Below are positions 1 to 7,183 of a stretch of DNA of 32,000 bases, in pieces (the stretch's first letter is position 1; each line of letters begins with the position of its first letter). The stretch covers positions 1,110,001 to 1,142,000 of the forward strand of contig OZ246396.1 in the NCBI GenBank assembly GCA_965230905.1. The letters run 5' to 3'. The translations under genes and the position numbers were made by a program. The notes under the pieces are model-generated. The model searched no databases. It saw only the letters and a list, made by a program, of their open reading frames with translations, and was not told the origin of the DNA. This DNA is from Candidatus Saccharimonadota bacterium. GTDB lineage: Bacteria; Patescibacteriota; Gracilibacteria; UBA1369; 2-02-FULL-48-14.

Positions 1-8
1 GCGCCCGA

Positions 9-56
9 TATGGAGTCGCTGACGCGACGGCTTTTTGTACGCTCGCCTTTGGCGAG
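9..56. repeat. Two-hairpin spacer module, copy 1, immediately 3' of tRNA-Leu
   Basis: Hairpin gtcgc-tgac-gcgac (15-28) is followed by ggcttttt, then hairpin ctcgcc-ttt-ggcgag (42-56). A near-identical module lies 150 bp away at 159-206. Confidence 0.6.
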
Positions 57-58
57 TT

Positions 59-147
59 TGGTGCGCAGGAGAGGACTTGAACCTCCAATCCCGGTAAAGG
101 GAGCTACCACCTCAAGGTAGTGCGTCTGCCAATTTCGCCACCTGCGC
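59..147 (-). tRNA. tRNA-Leu (anticodon GAG), type II with long variable arm, CCA encoded
   Basis: The reverse complement reads GCGCAGG-TG-GCGAAATTGGCAGACGC-A-CTACC-TTGAGGT-GGTAG-(16-nt variable arm)-GGAGGTTCAAGTCCTCT-CCTGCGC-A-CCA. The acceptor stem is 7 bp. The anticodon loop is U-U-GAG-G-U. The T-loop is TTCAAGT. Total length is 89 nt. Confidence 0.93.
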
Positions 148-158
148 ATGAGAACTTA

Positions 159-206
159 TATTGAGTCGCTCGCGCGACACCTTTTTTACCGCTCACCTTG
201 GTGAGT
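159..206. repeat. Two-hairpin spacer module, copy 2, 5' of tRNA-Leu
   Basis: Contains gtcgc-tcgc-gcgac followed by accttttttacc, then ctcac-cttg-gtgag. Stem 2 differs from copy 1 by a compensatory pair (G45:C53 becomes A195:T202). Confidence 0.6.
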
Positions 207-281
207 AGCGAACGCATTTTAGCGCATCTTGCGAAGAGTACAAGTTTTTTTGTATGATGGATTCATCCACCGCCCGAAAAT

Positions 282-1574
282 ATGGTTGAAAAAATCCTGT
301 TCCTCGAGAACCTGGGCCTTGCCCTGCTTTTGGGCAGTTTGATTGGGCTTGAGCGTGAACGGAACCGCCATAAGGCTGATGCGCATGAATTTGGAGGTAT
401 TCGGACGCTTTCGCTCATCAGTGTGCTCGGCTATCTGGCTTTCAGCCTTTTTGCCGATTCTGTTCTGTTTCCTGTGGTGACGGGCGGCTTTTTGCTTTTG
501 CTGATTGCGTCCTATGTGATGTCGGCGTATTTGGACAAACGAACCGGGGCCACCACTGAACTGGCCGGCTTTTTTACTTATTTTGTGGGAATTTTGATGG
601 GGATGGGGGAGACGCTCATCGCCACGGTCATTACGCTGGTGGTGGTGATGCTCCTGTACTTTAAAGAAGCGCTGCACCGTTTTGCTCATAAGGTTGAAAA
701 GGAGGAACTTTACGACACCATTAAGTTCATCGCCATTGTTTTTGTGATCCTGCCGCTGCTGCCCAATGAAACTTTTGGACCGCTGAATGTGCTGAACCCG
801 TATGAGATTTGGCTCATGGTGGTGCTGATTTCTACGATTTCTTTTGCCAGTTACATCGCCATTAAAGTGGTGGGGCCGCGAAAAGGCATTGGAGTGGGCG
901 GCTTTTTGGGTGGACTCATCTCTTCCACGGCCGTGGCGCTCAGTTTTTCAGGTTTGAGTAAGAAGAGCCCCAAGGTGGTGACCCCCTTTGTTTTTGCCAT
1001 TTTGGTGGCGGCATCGGCCATGTTTTTCCGTGTTTTGGTCACGGTTTCGGTGCTGAACCCCGAGCTGATTTCCATTATTGCCTTGCCGATGGGAGTGATG
1101 GGAGCCACGGGTTTGCTGGCGGCCGCGTATTTTTGGTTTAAAAAAGAACAGACTTCGTACGCCAAATTCAGTGCCAGCGATTTGGACCTAAAAAGCCCTT
1201 TTCAGCTGCGTTTAGCGGTGAAATTCGGGCTTATTTTTACGTCTTTGATCTTCATTTCCAAGTTCGCGGCGGACTATTTTGGGGACGACGGAGTTTATTT
1301 GACCGCCTTTTTCTCGGGAATTTTTGATGTGGACGCCATCACGGTGTCCATGGCCGATTTGCATCGAGATGGATCGGTGAGCGCCATGACCGCTTCCACC
1401 GCCATTGTTATCGCCGCGCTCACCAACACTCTTTCTAAGGGCGCGATTGTATTGGCTTTGGGTTCACGGGCAGTTGGGCTGCGAGTTTTACTAGCTCTGC
1501 TTCTTGTGGCGGGTGTAGGATTGGCTTCCTTACTTCTCCTTGTACCTGAATATTATGGCCTTATTGCAATCTAG
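282..1574 (+). CDS. MgtC/SapB-family membrane protein with DUF4010-type C-terminal half
   Basis: 430-aa multi-pass membrane ORF. The N-terminus LALLLGSLIGLERERNRH...GGIRTLSLISVLG matches the MgtC-family signature. The long hydrophobic C-terminal extension is typical of MgtC+DUF4010 proteins. Confidence 0.8.
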   Translation: MVEKILFLENLGLALLLGSLIGLERERNRHKADAHEFGGIRTLSLISVLGYLAFSLFADSVLFPVVTGGFLLLLIASYVMSAYLDKRTGATTELAGFFTYFVGILMGMGETLIATVITLVVVMLLYFKEALHRFAHKVEKEELYDTIKFIAIVFVILPLLPNETFGPLNVLNPYEIWLMVVLISTISFASYIAIKVVGPRKGIGVGGFLGGLISSTAVALSFSGLSKKSPKVVTPFVFAILVAASAMFFRVLVTVSVLNPELISIIALPMGVMGATGLLAAAYFWFKKEQTSYAKFSASDLDLKSPFQLRLAVKFGLIFTSLIFISKFAADYFGDDGVYLTAFFSGIFDVDAITVSMADLHRDGSVSAMTASTAIVIAALTNTLSKGAIVLALGSRAVGLRVLLALLLVAGVGLASLLLLVPEYYGLIAI

Positions 1575-1575
1575 T

Positions 1576-2079
1576 ATGGTTCCGCTGGGTACGCCGGCGC
1601 CTGATTTTAATCTACTGGGCACGGATGACGTGATGCACACGCTAGCTGCTTACGCCGACAAAAAGGTTCTGGCGGTGATTTTTATGTGCAACCACTGTCC
1701 CTATGTGCAAAAGATGTGGGACGACATGGTGGCTTTGGAAAAACGCCTGCCCGAAACGGTGCAGTTTGTGGGTATCAATTCTAATGCAAATCCCGCGTAT
1801 CCAGAAGATTCTTTTGAGAAAATGAAAGAATACGCCCAGCAAAAAGGCCAAGAGTTTCCGTATTTGTACGATGCGGACCAAATAGCCGCCAAGGCTTATG
1901 GCGCCCAGTGCACTCCGGACATCTTTGTATATGGAGAGGAGCGGACGTTGGCGTACCGCGGGGCCTTTGAAGGTCTGGAAGGGGCCGTGAATACGCTCCT
2001 AGAAGGAAAAAAACCTGCTGAGCAGCCACTGGGCGGAGCCCAGGTCCCCTCTATGGGTTGCTCTATTAAGTGGAACTAA
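1576..2079 (+). CDS. Thioredoxin-fold thiol-disulfide oxidoreductase (AhpC/TSA/redoxin-like)
   Basis: The motifs GTPAPDFNL...VLAVIFMCNHCPYV (CxxC) ...CTPDIFVY and the C-terminal GCSIKW match a thioredoxin family. I chose the ATG at 1576, just after the upstream stop. The ATG at 1555 and the TTG at 1540 are alternatives. Confidence 0.8.
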   Translation: MVPLGTPAPDFNLLGTDDVMHTLAAYADKKVLAVIFMCNHCPYVQKMWDDMVALEKRLPETVQFVGINSNANPAYPEDSFEKMKEYAQQKGQEFPYLYDADQIAAKAYGAQCTPDIFVYGEERTLAYRGAFEGLEGAVNTLLEGKKPAEQPLGGAQVPSMGCSIKWN

Positions 2080-2086
2080 TATGGGC

Positions 2087-3169
2087 CTAGGCCTGGGCGA
2101 ATTTTGCCAAAGTGTATTTGTCGCGTCCAACACGGGAGAATTGGTTCTTGTTCTTTAGGTTGAGGTAGATGGTGATGGTTTTCACGTGACGTTGATCAAG
2201 CACCGCCTTGGTGATTTCCTCGCGGCTGCGGGGAAGGCCATCCGTCAGGATTTCACTGATCACATCGGCCACGGTTCCAGTTTTGTATCCCCAGTCCTTG
2301 AGCGCGTAGATTCCGCGTCCAATGAGGATGAAGTTGTCGTTTCGGATGAGTTCATTGTGTACCGCCTGAACGTTCACACGTTTGTTGTCGAATTTCCCGC
2401 CCTTGATGAGCTCGGAGATTTTTTCGAAGTGAAGAGGCTTCTTTTCACGGTGGAAAACGAAGAAGATTTTATCGCGCAGGGTGCGAGGATGGATGTGTCT
2501 CCAGCTGTACAGTCCAATGCCGTTTTCGGTGAACTTGCAGTCCTTAGCCGTGCGCAAGATGTTGGTGACCGTGTTTTCGGGTAGGGGAGATTTGAGAGTT
2601 TCGTTTACTTTTTCAGCGAGCTTGTCGATGGGGAGCACATGCTTAGCCTTTTGAAGAGTCTTGGTCGCCGCACTCGCCACTTTTTTAATGGTGTCTTCGT
2701 TGAAAGACGCGAGACGCCAGTAAGGGTGGTATTTGAGAGTGTTGGAATCAAAGTGGATCTCTGAATCGAGGCTGAGAGCGAGGTGCAGGTCTTGAATTTC
2801 TTGTTCGCTCACATTGGGCAAAATGCGCATCAGGAGTTCTTTAAAGTAGGAATCACGAGCAATGCCGCCTTCCTTATCCAGGAGAGCCTTGGCAAATTCA
2901 GTCAAAATCTTAATATTGGTGTTTTGTGCGTTTCGTTCCAGCTTTCGGAGCGCAGTCTTTTCAATTTGACGTACGCGTTCACGAGTCACTCCAAAATGCT
3001 CCCCAATTTCCTCTAAAGTGAGTTTTTTCTTTGTATCCAGGGCAAAACGGTTCTTAATGATGTACTTTTCCTTGTCTGAAAGCACGATGAGCAAATTCTG
3101 TACTAGGTCATGCAATTGAATTTGCTGCGGAGTCATCTTGCTATCGAAGGTAAAGTTTGCGTTAACCAT
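2087..3169 (-). CDS. Sigma-70 region-4 HTH protein fused to HARE-HTH-like winged-helix domain(s); no sigma region 2 visible
   Basis: The N-terminal LSDKEKYIIKNRFAL...LTLEEIGEHFGVTRERVRQIEKTALRKLE is a classic sigma70 region 4. The C-terminal KPLHFEKISELI...NFILIGRGIYALKDWGY resembles the HARE-HTH/RpoE-delta N-domain pattern. I used the ATG at 3169. The ORF-track start at 3238 is a TTG. Confidence 0.75.
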   Translation of the reverse strand: MVNANFTFDSKMTPQQIQLHDLVQNLLIVLSDKEKYIIKNRFALDTKKKLTLEEIGEHFGVTRERVRQIEKTALRKLERNAQNTNIKILTEFAKALLDKEGGIARDSYFKELLMRILPNVSEQEIQDLHLALSLDSEIHFDSNTLKYHPYWRLASFNEDTIKKVASAATKTLQKAKHVLPIDKLAEKVNETLKSPLPENTVTNILRTAKDCKFTENGIGLYSWRHIHPRTLRDKIFFVFHREKKPLHFEKISELIKGGKFDNKRVNVQAVHNELIRNDNFILIGRGIYALKDWGYKTGTVADVISEILTDGLPRSREEITKAVLDQRHVKTITIYLNLKNKNQFSRVGRDKYTLAKFAQA

Positions 3170-3196
3170 TTTGACAGTTGTTAGGGTATTGACGGG

Positions 3197-3226
3197 TATA
3201 TAGCTATTTTCTTTCGCTTTTGTCAC
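3197..3226 (-). promoter_or_regulatory. Candidate sigma70-type promoter for the 2087-3169 gene
   Basis: The minus strand reads GTGACA, an 18-nt spacer, then TATATA. This sits about 28 nt upstream of the ATG at 3169. Confidence 0.3.
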
Positions 3227-3280
3227 CAGGAGTATCAAACAAAACGCCCAATATGTAAATAGCTATAGTGGAATTTAGTG

Positions 3281-3299
3281 TTGTCAAAAAAAATGACAA
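3281..3299. promoter_or_regulatory. Palindrome TTGTCA-A7-TGACAA (candidate operator or weak terminator)
   Basis: A perfect 6-bp inverted repeat directly abuts the stop codon (3300-3302) of the TrmB-like gene. The same TGTCAA/TTGACA half-sites recur at 4112-4147. Confidence 0.35.
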
Positions 3300-4088
3300 T
3301 CAATCGTCTTCGTCTACTAAGTATCTTAAGTCGTCCTTTGTTAGCAGATCCTTCTCCAAAAGCTTCGCATATTCAAAACCTAGATTGAATATCACTCTTT
3401 GAGTGTCTGCAATACTTTGATTTTGTATTATAACGCCCGTCTCATCTTGGTGTGAGATGATCGCTACTTTATCGTCGTAAATATTAATTTCATTCTTGAA
3501 AGGAAATTTGTCCGCCGGTATTAAGTGTACTTCTCTTAGTTCTTTCTCCCCCCTTTTTTTAAATTCAAGACTCCTTTTTTCATATGGGAATATACCTTTT
3601 AGAAAAACCTTATTCTTTACTTTTTTCTTAATATAAAGTGGGTAATAATCTTCTAGGAGTGTATGTACGGCAACGCTGATGTTTGCCCAACATAACAGAC
3701 CAGTGCTGGTTGTGAGTGTGTCTTCCATGATTTGGATTAACCCCTCTTTCCCTTCAAAAACGGACATTTGAGGTGTAGACGCATACTTTCTATTTAAATT
3801 ACTCAAGTCTGGCAGTGCTTCTTCTAACCATTTTAATTTTTGTCCCTGCTCTTGTACAAATGACTTGGGATTGAGTGCTCTAAAATATAGATTCCCCCCC
3901 CTTTTAACGTGACTAATTAATCCCTTTTTTTGTAATTGTTCTAATATAACATAAGTTGTTGGACGTTTTATGCCCGCTCTTTTGGAGATTACACTTGGAA
4001 GTGCCTCCTGTAGTTCAAGTAAAACTAAGTAAATTTTAGCTTCTTTTGGATTTAAGCCTTGATACTGCAATACTGTTTCAAGATTCAT
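3300..4088 (-). CDS. TrmB-family transcriptional regulator (paralog 1)
   Basis: The N-terminal wHTH LNPKEAKIYLVLLELQEALPSVISKRAGIKRPTTYVILEQLQKKGLISHV matches TrmB. The C-terminal half is highly similar to the ORF at 5160-5993 (QMSV[FY].G.EG...LREV[HY]LIP.DK[FY]PFKNEINIY[DN]DK...IIQNQ..AD.QR..FNLGFEYAK). Confidence 0.85.
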   Translation of the reverse strand: MNLETVLQYQGLNPKEAKIYLVLLELQEALPSVISKRAGIKRPTTYVILEQLQKKGLISHVKRGGNLYFRALNPKSFVQEQGQKLKWLEEALPDLSNLNRKYASTPQMSVFEGKEGLIQIMEDTLTTSTGLLCWANISVAVHTLLEDYYPLYIKKKVKNKVFLKGIFPYEKRSLEFKKRGEKELREVHLIPADKFPFKNEINIYDDKVAIISHQDETGVIIQNQSIADTQRVIFNLGFEYAKLLEKDLLTKDDLRYLVDEDD

Positions 4089-4141
4089 CGAGTGTTATTG
4101 TACCACCTAGATTGACCTTGTCACCCTTTTGTGTCAAAGTA

Positions 4142-4169
4142 TTGACAAAATCTCAATAAGAACTATATT
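4142..4169 (+). promoter_or_regulatory. Near-consensus sigma70 promoter for the 4182 gene, overlapped by a palindrome
   Basis: TTGACA (4142-4147), a 16-nt spacer, then TATATT (4164-4169), with the ATG at 4182. The -35 hexamer is the right arm of the inverted repeat TGTCAA-agta-TTGACA (4132-4147). A second repeat, TGAC-ctt-GTCA, lies at 4113-4123. Confidence 0.5.
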
Positions 4170-4181
4170 TAGTCTAAAATT

Positions 4182-5132
4182 ATGGGTAAGCCTGCGGCAA
4201 TACTAGAAAACGCTAGAACCTACATTATTTTGGGGAATGGAGGTCTCATTGATAAACGAGGGGGTGATCATGCGTGTGACGAGGAGGAAGATGAAGAAGA
4301 TGATGATTGGCTCCAGCTGCCAGATCAGGCAATCGAAGAATCAGGTGCAGTTCATAAGACAGTTTGTGAAGTAGATAGAGTCAAAAAAAGTGTATTATCG
4401 CTTGTTGATTGTGAAGCTGATATTCAACCACAGGCTATAAGTGCTGGTTTAGAGCTAGCTCATAAGATAAATTCCGCTAGAGGTCGGTTAGGTCAGGTAG
4501 TCGGTATGGGTACTTTATTTGATATACCCCGAGGATTTAATGAGATGGATGCTTTTGATCCTGAATTGCGTGACTTGGATACTTCAGATCCTCGCAGAAT
4601 AACGGTTAGACGTTTAGAAACAGGCCCAATTCCTACCGCTGATGACTTAGCGCCGACAATAAGAGATCAATATCTGGCAGCAATAAATAGTTTTAACCTG
4701 CAGCGAGGGAGTCAATTCCGATTAAGCGAAGTCGATGTTTTAACTGCCCAAAGAGCTAGAAGAGAGTTAGCTCGGATGGCAAGAGGTGCGGAAGGATACC
4801 CTAATATTTCTCAAGTCGATTCTAGTGAACGTGGTTTGATCTACGACCGTCAGGCTGGAAATGTTGTTTTGGTTCATTGTGCTGGGGTTTACGCTGCTAC
4901 CAATTGGTTTTTCCATAAAAAATCTGATTCCGCAGATATATATGCAGTTTGGTCTGTTGATAAAACTAGGGTGAAAGGAGGAAATCGTAAGGCAGGTTCT
5001 GATTTCGCGCGTAGACATCTTGGTGTGCACAAGGTTGTTGATAGGGTTTTATCCTCGTCTGTGATTGTATACGTGGGTGAAGATGAAAGCTTTCATGAAG
5101 GCGGTGAATCATTGTGGACAATGCCCAAGTGA
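4182..5132 (+). CDS. Hypothetical protein, 316 aa, with an acidic N-terminal stretch; no domain recognised
   Basis: Long ORF behind a strong promoter. No signal peptide or TM segment. It has an acidic run DEEEDEEDDD and an Arg-rich central helix (TAQRARRELARMARG). I recognise no family. Confidence 0.6.
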   Translation: MGKPAAILENARTYIILGNGGLIDKRGGDHACDEEEDEEDDDWLQLPDQAIEESGAVHKTVCEVDRVKKSVLSLVDCEADIQPQAISAGLELAHKINSARGRLGQVVGMGTLFDIPRGFNEMDAFDPELRDLDTSDPRRITVRRLETGPIPTADDLAPTIRDQYLAAINSFNLQRGSQFRLSEVDVLTAQRARRELARMARGAEGYPNISQVDSSERGLIYDRQAGNVVLVHCAGVYAATNWFFHKKSDSADIYAVWSVDKTRVKGGNRKAGSDFARRHLGVHKVVDRVLSSSVIVYVGEDESFHEGGESLWTMPK

Positions 5133-5159
5133 GGTTTAGGTGAACAGTTCAATTAGAGT

Positions 5160-5993
5160 CTACATTTTGGACGATAATTTTTCTCCTCTGAGATATCTGA
5201 TGTCACTTTGAGTTAAAAGATCTTTTTCAAAACTTTTTGCATACTCAAATCCTAAATTAAAAAGGGCCCTTTGACTGTCTGCCATGTCTTGGTTTTGGAT
5301 TATGACTCCAACACGATCTGTCAGTGAGATAATACTGGTTTTATCATTGTATATATTTATTTCATTTTTGAACGGATATTTATCCTGTGGGATTAGATAT
5401 ACCTCTCGAAGCTCTTTTTTTGAATTTTTCTTAAATTGAAGCCCACTCTTGTCGTAGGTGAATAGACATTTGGAATGAATTTTTCGTTCGATTTTTTTCT
5501 TTAAAAAAGTTGGGTGATATTTATTTAGTGCTGTGTCTGATGCCAAGCCTGTATTTGACCAGCAGTAGATTTCTCCTTTTGCAGACAGTGAATCCTCTAG
5601 TATGTGAATAATTCCTTCATCGCCCTTATAAACAGACATTTGAGGGGTTGTGGTGAAGTCTTTGTGTAGAAGATTGAGTTCAGGGATTACTTGTTCCAAA
5701 GAAGTGAGTTGTTCCTTAATTTCTTCGTATTTTTTGCGTTGATTGGCAATGAGGAAATCAGGTTTGCAGGATTGGAAGTAGAGGTGACCGCCTTTTTTGA
5801 TACTGGTGGCCAAACCTTTCTTTTGGAGTTGTTCTAAAATTAAATAGGCCGTGGAGCGTTTAACATTTGTTATGCGGGAGATGGTGCTTGGGAGGGCTTC
5901 GCTTAGTTCGAGTAAAGTCAGGTAAACGGCAGCTTCTTTTTCGGAGAAGCCGATCTTGTGAAGAGTCTTGAGGAGATCTTCTTTGTCAGTCAT
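5160..5993 (-). CDS. TrmB-family transcriptional regulator (paralog 2)
   Basis: The wHTH is FSEKEAAVYLTLLELSEALPSTISRITNVKRSTAYLILEQLQKKGL. It is collinear with paralog 1 over its full length. I chose the ATG at 5993 (MTDKEDLL) by alignment to paralog 1 and to avoid overlap with the upstream gene. Confidence 0.85.
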   Translation of the reverse strand: MTDKEDLLKTLHKIGFSEKEAAVYLTLLELSEALPSTISRITNVKRSTAYLILEQLQKKGLATSIKKGGHLYFQSCKPDFLIANQRKKYEEIKEQLTSLEQVIPELNLLHKDFTTTPQMSVYKGDEGIIHILEDSLSAKGEIYCWSNTGLASDTALNKYHPTFLKKKIERKIHSKCLFTYDKSGLQFKKNSKKELREVYLIPQDKYPFKNEINIYNDKTSIISLTDRVGVIIQNQDMADSQRALFNLGFEYAKSFEKDLLTQSDIRYLRGEKLSSKM

Positions 5994-6001
5994 AGCCGAC
6001 A

Positions 6002-6664
6002 TTATAGATCCAACTGGTACCCTAAGCAAGGAATGGTGCGGATGAGGGGGCGGGGGGCGAGGGGGGTGAGTTTTTTGCGGAGGCGGGAAATGTAGACGTC
6101 GATGGTGTTTTGGGCGACGTAGTCGCGTTTGTCCCAGACGGTGTCGATTATGTAGTCGCGGCTGATGATGCGGCCGGTGTTGAGGAGGAAAAGTTCGAAT
6201 AAATAGAATTCTTTGCGGGAGAGTTCGATGTTTTGTTTGCCATGAAAGACTTTGCGGGTTATGCGGTCGAGGGTGAGTTGGCCGATTTTGACGTCTTTTT
6301 GTGGGGAGATCTTTTGGACGATTTCGCGGATGAAAAAGGGCGCCTGGGAGAGCGGAATGCTTTGGTCTAGGAAGATGGATTGTTTTAGGAGCGGTTCAAA
6401 AGGTTTATTGCGGAGAATACGGCGCTCGCTGCGGTGGTAAAAAATCAGGGGCATAGTCGGTGAGAGATTTCTTAAGAAGTTTTCCAGCATAGCCCACTGC
6501 TCCGATATAAGCGCGTGCGGGAAAACAATGGCATCGGCCTCCAGATAGTCCGAATAGGCAAGGCTCATGGGTGAGAGAATGAGTGTGGTGAAATTGTGAC
6601 GCTTGAGCGCAAAGCTGAGTGTGGAGCCTTGCATCAAATGCGGTGTGATGATGAGTATATGCAT
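6002..6664 (-). CDS. OmpR/PhoB-type winged-helix regulator with a degenerate (pseudo-)receiver domain
   Basis: The C-terminal Trans_reg_C pattern is LSRKEFYLFELFLLNTGRIISRDYIIDTVW...NTIDVYISRLRKKL...IRTIPCLGYQL. The N-terminal ~115 aa has receiver-like beta/alpha periodicity but lacks the acidic pocket and the acceptor Asp (see findings). Confidence 0.8.
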   Translation of the reverse strand: MHILIITPHLMQGSTLSFALKRHNFTTLILSPMSLAYSDYLEADAIVFPHALISEQWAMLENFLRNLSPTMPLIFYHRSERRILRNKPFEPLLKQSIFLDQSIPLSQAPFFIREIVQKISPQKDVKIGQLTLDRITRKVFHGKQNIELSRKEFYLFELFLLNTGRIISRDYIIDTVWDKRDYVAQNTIDVYISRLRKKLTPLAPRPLIRTIPCLGYQLDL

Positions 6665-6862
6665 ATGCCGGGGGTGAGGACTTATAGCGTAGATTGGTAT
6701 GCAAAAAATGGGAAATGGCGGCGAGGCGCTTCTCGATCAAAATCGCGTTGTTGAAGCGTTGACAACACCCCTTTGGGGCCGGACTGTCATCCAACGCTGA
6801 CGACAGTAAATGCTTTACAAATGCCGCACGGCTTCTATGCTTGGGTTACATTTTTCACTGCC

Positions 6863-7183
6863 ATGTTTAATGTAAATCTCATGGAATTAGGTCTTTCGGA
6901 AAAAGAAGCCCTCCTTTATCTGCTTCTGCTTAGGAGCGGACCCGCGCCGGCCAGCTCTCTGGCGAAACGCCTTCAAATCAAACGGGTTTCTTTATATCCA
7001 CTTTTGGAATCCCTGACGGAGCGGGGCATGGTGGCTTATGAACAAACTCCGACCGGGCGGAAATACATCTCTCACGACCCGATTTGCTTGCTCGACCTTT
7101 TGGAAAAAGAAAGCGCACAAATTCGGCATCGCATGGAGCTTGCCAAACGCTGCGTAGAAAAACTGCACAGTTGGACGGTTTAG
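6863..7183 (+). CDS. TrmB-like wHTH protein, N-terminal domain only (about 106 aa)
   Basis: LSEKEALLYLLLLRSGPAPASSLAKRLQIKRVSLYPLLESLTERGMVAY matches the TrmB HTH. The protein ends after the helix that follows the HTH. Its stop codon TAG (7181-7183) lies inside the left arm of the long inverted repeat. Confidence 0.7.
   Translation: MFNVNLMELGLSEKEALLYLLLLRSGPAPASSLAKRLQIKRVSLYPLLESLTERGMVAYEQTPTGRKYISHDPICLLDLLEKESAQIRHRMELAKRCVEKLHSWTV

Noticed and set aside
207-281. Possible Mg2+ (M-box) riboswitch upstream of the MgtC-like gene
   Set aside because: The leader is only about 75 nt, far shorter than an M-box aptamer. I could not find the conserved M-box helices.
219-689. 156-aa minus-strand ORF rich in His/Arg/Lys
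   Set aside because: It is antisense to the MgtC-like membrane protein, and its composition is that of a shadow ORF.
2083-2092. GGCCTAGGCC palindrome (and AAAGCCTAGGCTTT at 11713-11726) at convergent gene ends
   Set aside because: These short palindromes have essentially no loop. They are explained by overlapping TAG/CTA stop codons, and two occurrences are not enough to call a motif.
3170-3238. Longer version of the sigma-r4 gene starting at TTG 3238
   Set aside because: The extension MILLVTKAKENSYIPVNTLTTVK has no homology features. It overlaps the candidate promoter at 3197-3226. The ATG at 3169 is preferred, though not proven.
6405-6794. 129-aa minus-strand ORF overlapping the response-regulator 5' end
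   Set aside because: It is in a different frame from the OmpR-type gene. It runs into the divergent promoter region and has no family resemblance.
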